A stretch of DNA of 16,490 nt from Ginkgo biloba (taxonomy: Eukaryota; Plantae; Ginkgophyta): contig JANKJI020000002.1 of the NCBI GenBank assembly GCA_024626585.2, positions 69,532,388-69,548,877 on the forward strand, read 5' to 3'. The translations under genes were made by a program, and so were the position numbers. Below the pieces are notes generated by a model, which was not told where the DNA came from, did not search any database, and was given only the letters and a program-made list of their open reading frames with translations. Each line of letters begins with the position of its first letter. The first letter of the stretch is position 1. Shown piece by piece: positions 9,975 to 16,490 of the stretch.

Positions 9975-10043
9975 ATCATGCTGGAACTTCCAAAAGCTAT
10001 CCAAAAGACGAGCTTACTTCTAGCAGTTCTTGCTGTGGAGTAA
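9975..10043 (+). CDS. Terminal coding exon D of the heme oxygenase-like gene (IMLELPKAIQKTSLLLAVLAVE*)
   Basis: Follows a 113-nt T-rich intron (9862-9974) ending TCAG. Phase 0, TAA at 10041-10043. Length and hydrophobic pattern match the last HO helix (HO1 CLEETEKSFKYSGEILRLILS*). Confidence 0.8.
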   Translation: MMLELPKAIQKTSLLLAVLAVE

Positions 10044-10099
10044 TTTTTCCTTTGCACATTTTCCTTGCACTTGGTTGTCTTTATAAATTACTATTGTTT

Positions 10100-10105
10100 A
10101 ATAAA
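10100..10105 (+). promoter_or_regulatory. Candidate polyadenylation near-upstream element AATAAA
   Basis: AATAAA about 57 nt after the stop codon in U-rich 3' sequence. The hexamer is common in AT-rich DNA. Confidence 0.3.
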
Positions 10106-10430
10106 TATCAGCTCCAGTAGCTATGTATTTCATGTATTTTTTTGTTTCCTTCTAGTGGCAATCATAAATCCAATGTCCTTTTATTACAATTATATGTTGG
10201 AGTTANNNNNNNNNNNNAGACACAGGCTACTGCAAACAGCAAGAACTTTGTCTTCGCAACAAATTGAATGAGAGAGTTGGAATTTTTGTCTACTCTATTC
10301 TCACATTATTGCCAGCTGTACTGATCTAGAAAGCAGTTTATTATTGAAAGCAATCCATCCTGTTCTTTGACTCCTTTAGGTCTTCAGCAAGGCATCCTAT
10401 CCAGAGTAGAGCCTTATCATGAACGTTGGC

Positions 10431-10873
10431 AATATATTCATGAAAAATCACAGTTTCCTGGTCTCCTGACATNNNNNNNNNNNNNNNNNNNNNNNNNNNN
10501 NNACAAATAACATGATCCATTGATCATAATTGAGTTTATTTAATGATCTTGCTATCAGTTTATAATGATTAGATTTACCTGGTGAATATCAGTTTGGATT
10601 TAATGTATCCTGCAACCTCCAATATATGCTGCAACAAGAAGTTCATGTTTTTATGATTAAATATATTCATGAAAAATCACATTTCCGGGTTCTCCTGACA
10701 TTTAGCATGTGCCATGGATAACATGATCCATTGATCTCAATTGAGTTTATGTAACGATCTTGCTTTCAGTTTACGATGGCTAGATTTATCTGGTGAATAA
10801 CAGTTTGGATTTAATGTATCTTGCAACCTCCAATATACTGCAAAATGAAGTTCATGTTTTTATGATTAAATAT
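10431..10873. repeat. Tandem duplication, two copies of about 210 bp (10431-10659 and 10660-10868)
   Basis: Both copies run from aatatattcatgaaaaatcac to gaagttcatgtttttatgatta with scattered substitutions. Copy 1 contains a 30-N gap. Confidence 0.95.
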
Positions 10874-13225
10874 GTTTGAAAACTAAAATTAATTATGTTT
10901 TAAATGCCTCCCAATAATCCAAGATTGGAGAATGCGGACAGTAGAGACAATTTGGAGGATTTTGCATTGGAAAGTCATTGATGAATTTCTATAACATGTT
11001 GCTGCCAAATTCCTCTCAAGAGGAAGACAGCTCGGCATGAAGTATGTGGTAGGCTTTCTTGGAAATTTATTGCCAATGAAATAATACTTCCTATGCGTCT
11101 AGTCTTGGAACGTATATCCTTTTGACTGTTCAATTTCTTGTGATATTTGTTCTTTTTAGAAAATGGCCTTTCCCTTATACTACCTTGAGCTTGGTAGGCG
11201 ACATGTTACAGGCTCTTACCTCTTGTAAAAAACTGCATACAAATGCATCTCCAAGTATCAGTCGAGCATTAGAGCAAGCATATCATTCTATGGGTAGTAC
11301 CTAGACGATAAACTAGTGTGATGGAATCACATCTAATCCAATAAAACATTAGAATAGTAGATTTGTTCCAAGGCTGTAGCCATTATCTGTAAAAAGCTCA
11401 AGGCAAGAAAACTCATGACCAACTTTTAGGGTCTAACACCCTACAGGGTTATTCACATGGCTCCAAATGTAAAACCTTAGTATCCCTAAAGACTTTTAAG
11501 AGTGCCCAGCTATCTTTCATACTATATTCCACTTGTGCAACCATCTTGTTCCATTGTAACCTCTTTGGTAGTACCCTTTGTTATAGACAAATAATAGAAG
11601 CAAGGCAGCTCTAGGCCTGTTCTGATCCGATATGTCTCATTCATATCAGTGGATCGTCCCTCTCTAGCAAACCTTAAGCTGGATATCTTTCAAGGTGGTG
11701 TTGCCACACAACCTTATCAGAAGCTATCTTTTCAGTTGGTATTGTCATTCAACAGTTTTAATACATATAATGCGAACAAACAACTTAAAACATGCCACAT
11801 TTTGAGTTGGTAGCAAGCATTAATAAATGTTCAATCATTATCCTTTCCTCTTCTTTTATGCTATAGATAAGGACAATCATAATTCTTGCTGACACATAAA
11901 AAATTGTGAGCATTGGCCCTCTAACACACATGGATATAAATAATGAGGATTTGAGTCCTCTTGTACTATGTATGCTTTCAGCCATAAAGAATAAAACCAA
12001 TAAGAAGGCCTGTTTTCAAGCACCTCTTGCAAGGCATCAAAATGCTTAAAGAAAGAAAAGCCTAAAAAAGCATGGCAATCCCTGGACTAATTAAAATGCA
12101 ATCATTTAACCTAGGATAAAACCTCAGTGCAATTTAAGTCATGTAGAGCATAGCAATAATCTGTCATAACAAGACATTACCACCTTAGGCAAAATGGCAT
12201 GTATAGGGNNNNNNNNNNNNNNNNNNNNNNNNNNNNNNNNNNNNNNNNNNNNNNNNNNNNNNNNNNNNNNNNNNNNNNNNNNNNNNNNNNNNNNNNNNNN
12301 NNNNNNNNAATGGCATGTATAGGGTACATCAATACTTTGGAAATTATGATGAGAAAAATCTTAATGTTTTCAAGCTTCAAACTATCGCTAGTCATTGAGA
12401 AAGAATAACAGTCCCTTAGGCATATGAGATATAGTAAACTCTTCATGTAAGAACAATGCACATGTTTCGAAACCAAAAAACATTTTTTTAACCATGCAAA
12501 AAGCATAACAATGCTCCCTAATGAACAAAATATACAGTTTTTCATGGTTGTACTCACATGTAGACTTGTCTTGGGAAGATATGCCTGCCTTACACCTTGT
12601 TGAGTTCAAACCCCATTGTTGACCATGAAAGCAAGTTGCTACAACGCTCTCAAAATCAGGTTTTAAAACTCGCTAACAACTAACGCAATTGCTAAATCTT
12701 GAGATAGGGTTTATAAACCAATTTGCGCAAATGGTAGGTTAGAGAAGCTCTTGTGATGCAAAAATTTCCCTACTAAGGGGATTGCTCTTATTTGGAAGCC
12801 TATAAGGCTTGTACAAATGTCCAACAAATCTCTTTTAGTAATTCAACCTCTTTTAAGGCAATATGGAAGCAATTCAAAATTCTTCTTGGGGCAACATAAT
12901 AAAGTATAGGTGAAAATGATGAAGGTAGGTTGTGACAACAATTCATAAAAAGTGTTTCTATGTTTATCTGTAGCCAAGTAATTTGTGATGCACTTAATTT
13001 TTCGATACAATGGCCAAGTTGGCTATGTTGTTATGATGTCAGGGAGATGTCACCATTGCACTGTGAAAGCTACATGACGACCAACTATAGAATGGTCATT
13101 TTTTTTTTATACGACGTTTATTTAGTTCCCTTTACCACTCATTTTGAATGAATATTGAGGCTTACATATTTGACATATTTGACATAAAGATTTAAGGGGG
13201 AGATGGCATTTAATAATTGACCGAG

Positions 13226-13586
13226 TGTTGATGGATTTTGAGACACATGTATAGATAATGATATATGATTTAGATCATACCCAATTCCCACCTCAGATTG
13301 TAGGAAATTCAAGAAGAAGTTAGAATAGGTAATTGGTCAAGTAGTTTATCAATGATAACTATATCCATTGTATAAATATCTTGTTGTTTATTGTAATTGT
13401 ATGAGCGTTGGTTTGGGGATTTAGATTATGACAAGTAAGTTTTTATTCTCTACTATAATAAATAATGATGATTCTTACCTACTGCTCGTGTTAATGTGTG
13501 GATGATGATGTGTTCAATTTGATAGTTAATATAGATGGTAGATCGTAGGTAACACATGGTTTGTAGGGTGCTAAAACCATCCAACA
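13226..13586 (+). mobile_element. LTR-like element (361 bp) with TG...CA termini
   Basis: Starts TGTTGATGGATTTTGAGACAC. Reverse complement of the end is TGTTGGATGGTTTTAGCAC. TATAAAT at 13371 and AATAAA at 13457. Polypurine tract (PPT)-like AAGGGGGAGA at 13194-13203. No clean TSD. Confidence 0.65.
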
Positions 13587-13657
13587 TTGGTTCGATTGCC
13601 TTTTATGAACTCGTTTCTCACTATAACAATTTGTGAGAACAAAATGGATGACTTCTA

Positions 13658-14026
13658 CCATTGTATGTGATGCACTCTAGTTGACCTAGGGGCATCAACC
13701 TTCTTAAGGGATTGTTCAAAATCTATTGATTCAATGGATCACATTAAATCAGATCACAATATTGTTGTAGTTTATCCTTCATATGCACCCTTAGCCATTA
13801 ACTACATGTCCACTTTATCTATCAATTTCTCATTATTCTCAACCAAGGCATCTATAATAACATCCTATGCACTAGTGTTCCTTTTTACATTAAACCAATT
13901 ATTCTCATATTTCAAATTAACAATATTTCCCTCATTTGGAATTCCAAATAGGCCATGTATTAATCTTCCATCAATCCTCATATACTTGTTTCTCAAAATA
14001 GTATCACCAGTTTACATTACAAGATA
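13658..14026 (-). pseudogene. Decayed TE-associated ORF fragment
   Basis: One minus frame stays protein-like but has several stops. It contains RIDGRLIHGLFGIPNEG (13928-13978), similar to the IxxxxIxxxxGLPxxG motif of plant-mobile-domain and retrotransposon accessory ORFs. Confidence 0.35.
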
Positions 14027-15139
14027 AGTTCTTTGACCAAATTTGTATGGCATACTAGCCTTTGAACTACCAACATTAGATGAATATGTGATTATTCCAC
14101 TCATTTTTGAAAGTTTATTCATTTGCATTCAATTGATGTACCAACATAATATTTGTTGATTCTTTATTATATTTATCCCATTCTTTTAGGATTGCATAAT
14201 CAAATACCACATTCATATAATCTTCCATGTCTTATAGAATAATTTCCACCAAGATCATCCTAAGTACCATTTTTCTTTTCACAAAATTTATCCCAACTAT
14301 CAGAGTAATTTCTAAAATCAACTTTGAATTTAAATCAAGATTAGAAATAATTTCCACCAATAAATTTATCTTTAAAATAATTGTTGTAAGCAAATTTATT
14401 TTTCAAATCATAATTCTTGGTTGTGATGGCATCTAATATTTAAATATTAGTCATATTACATTCTTATCACACTTATTATGCCTTTTTTAAGGGTTTTTTC
14501 ATTCGAATTCACTGCATTAAAGGTTCCATGGTGTTTGTATATATTTCCATTATTTTTACATCAAAGTCATTGATTTACATATCCAATATCAATATTTTAC
14601 CGTATTTGCAAGGTTCTCCTTATTCTCAAACTTTGAAACTTTTTGTGTGACATGGTCATTTCCTCAAAATAATACTTAGTCATAATTTTTACTTTATTTT
14701 GTATATTTTATCCTATTTAATCAATATGTCACTATTTGTGAATCATCTCTTATTAGTCACATCACTTTCACCATTCACACGAGCTTCCCAATTTTTGGAC
14801 AATGAATCATCTTTCACGACTTGAACTTTTATTTTAACTTCTTTGTAAAAAAATCCAAGTGTAATAATACATTTCTCACTTAAACACTTTGATAATTGTT
14901 TAGTTTACTTTCTTGAAAGTGATTATCTAACCCTTAGTTAAGATCAATACTTAAACACTCTTCCTTGATCATTTTCATTTGATCCTTTGCTAAAATATNN
15001 NNNNNNNNNNNNNNNNNNNNNNNNNNNNNNNNNNNNNNNNNNNNNNNNNNNNNNNNNNNNNNNNNNNNNNNNNNNNNNNNNNNNNNNNNNNNNNNNNNTG
15101 TTGGAAAAAGAAGATGCAATTATAAAATACTCATCCAAA

Positions 15140-15208
15140 AAAGATGCCATCTATAAGTAGAAGGGGAGGCAAATCCATATAACAAGCCATTTTATAGATG
15201 GCATCTTT
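15140..15208. repeat. Perfect 17-bp inverted repeat with 35-nt spacer
   Basis: aaagatgccatctataa (15140-15156) and ttatagatggcatcttt (15192-15208). Confidence 0.9.
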
Positions 15209-15652
15209 CCAAAACTAAATCGGTCAAAACTTATAGTTTCCTCTATATATTTATATATTTAGCCTCGTCAAAATTGAGAGCCAAATGGTTATATTCTATT
15301 TGTCAAAAGTCACTCATGAAATATATGAAATGATGACCAACTATCTGGAGTACCTCTCTTTAATATTTATAAAAATGATATGAATGACTCTACTAAAGCA
15401 TGAAAGAAGAAAAAGGCTTATTATAACATGATTTATATGGAATATTCTGTGTGATGTTGCATAATCACATTATAAAGAGGAAAGAGACATTTTACTTGAA
15501 GGATGAGAGTTGAGAATTATGTGTGTGTTATGTGTTGGAGTTATTGAACATCTTAATGGAGAGTTGTTTAAGTTCTATATAGGTCTTTCACTTTGAAGTC
15601 ATTGATGTACTTATGAATGGATGCATTTCTAATCTATCCATTTGATTGCCTA

Positions 15653-16464
15653 ACAACATTGGCTCAATAGCTAGTGTGGGATTTTATGACAACCAATACA
15701 ATGGTTAAAATGGAAAGAAAATATAAGAGCAATCCAATCTATGAAAACAACTATAAATAAGAATAAGCCTCCTCTAATGTAAATTGTCAATAGTAGTAGT
15801 AGAATCTACATACCATTTTTATCATGGGAAACCAAACCATCAACTTGAAAACATAAATGGTGATCAATAGCATTTGTGTGCATCTTACTAACCATCTCTT
15901 TACAAGCAAAAAATATGAAATATTTATTAAGTCAATGAGCATAATGTACAATCACATACACCAAAACTTTATAAGTAATAAAAAACATACATGGAAGAGT
16001 TGAACTTATAGCATTCACTCTAGAATAAGAATTAATTATTATGTCACCTCTCATCTTGACAAGGTCTTTACAACATCATCTCAATAGTCAATAGGGGATA
16101 TTGTGACAAACATATAATGCTTTAAATGGTAATAAAATATAAGAACAATTTAAACTAAGAAACAACTATAAATAATCATAAACCTCCTCTAACATAAATT
16201 ATCAATAGCAATAGTAAAATTTGCATACTTATGTCATCATCAACTTGCAAACATGAATCATGGTGGTCAATAACACTTGTATGCATCTCATTAGCTAGTT
16301 CTTAACAAGACAAAAATACGACACATTTAATAAGTAAATGAATGTAATTTATAATCACATACACAAAAAGTAATTATGAAGATACCTGGAAGAGTTAAAC
16401 TCATAATGTGCAGCCTAAAATAATAATTCATTACCATGTTGCTTCCTATCTTGCCAAGGGCTTC
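15653..16464. repeat. Old tandem duplication, two diverged copies (about 417 and 395 bp)
   Basis: Colinear shared blocks acaacat..ctcaatag, aaaatataaga, aaacaactataaataa, cctcctctaa, catcaacttg, aatcacatacac, tggaagagtt and atcttg.caagg in 15653-16069 and 16070-16464. Confidence 0.9.
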
Positions 16465-16490
16465 ACAATACACATTTGTTTTTAGCCACA

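Noticed and set aside
4024-10043. Assigning the symbol HO1/HY1 or HO2
   Set aside because: Too divergent from either to claim orthology without a phylogeny.
11622-11656. Small bulged hairpin gatcc-gatatg / catatc-agt-ggatc
   Set aside because: Only about 11 bp, too short for a miRNA precursor and plausible by chance.
13934-13949. Perfect palindrome ATTTGGAATTCCAAAT
   Set aside because: It lies within the fossil ORF, is AT-rich and has no supporting context.
1-16490. Prokaryotic systems (CRISPR array, operons), tRNA or rRNA genes
   Set aside because: No repeat-spacer array, long ORFs or structural RNA signatures; the sequence is spliceosomal-intron-containing eukaryotic DNA.

Overview
Eukaryotic draft-scaffold window: AT-rich, CpG-depleted, with nine N-gaps. 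It most likely comes from a large-genome land plant such as a gymnosperm or fern (inference from long TE-filled introns). None of the supplied ORFs is a real gene as listed. The main feature is the 3' half of a spliced + strand gene. Four phase-compatible GT-AG exons (4024-4132, 9278-9363, 9778-9861, 9975-10043) join into 115 aa: YVRRLGTIASSDENAEEACLRLFSHIFALHVAHLTTG MRIGVKAVASLPSMVGGKAVNFYRDYPQ QASDPLKVFIEAVNRAGKFLTSEDDREK IMLELPKAIQKTSLLLAVLAVE*. By eye this aligns colinearly with the C-terminal half of plant heme oxygenases (HO1/HY1) but is very divergent, including in the distal-helix signature, so it may be an atypical or non-catalytic HO-fold protein. Its N-terminal exons are not visible. 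The rest is intron and intergenic DNA: decayed LINE and LTR remnants, a (TC)n microsatellite, several tandem duplications and a perfect 17-bp inverted repeat. All homology calls are from remembered motifs; no searches were run.
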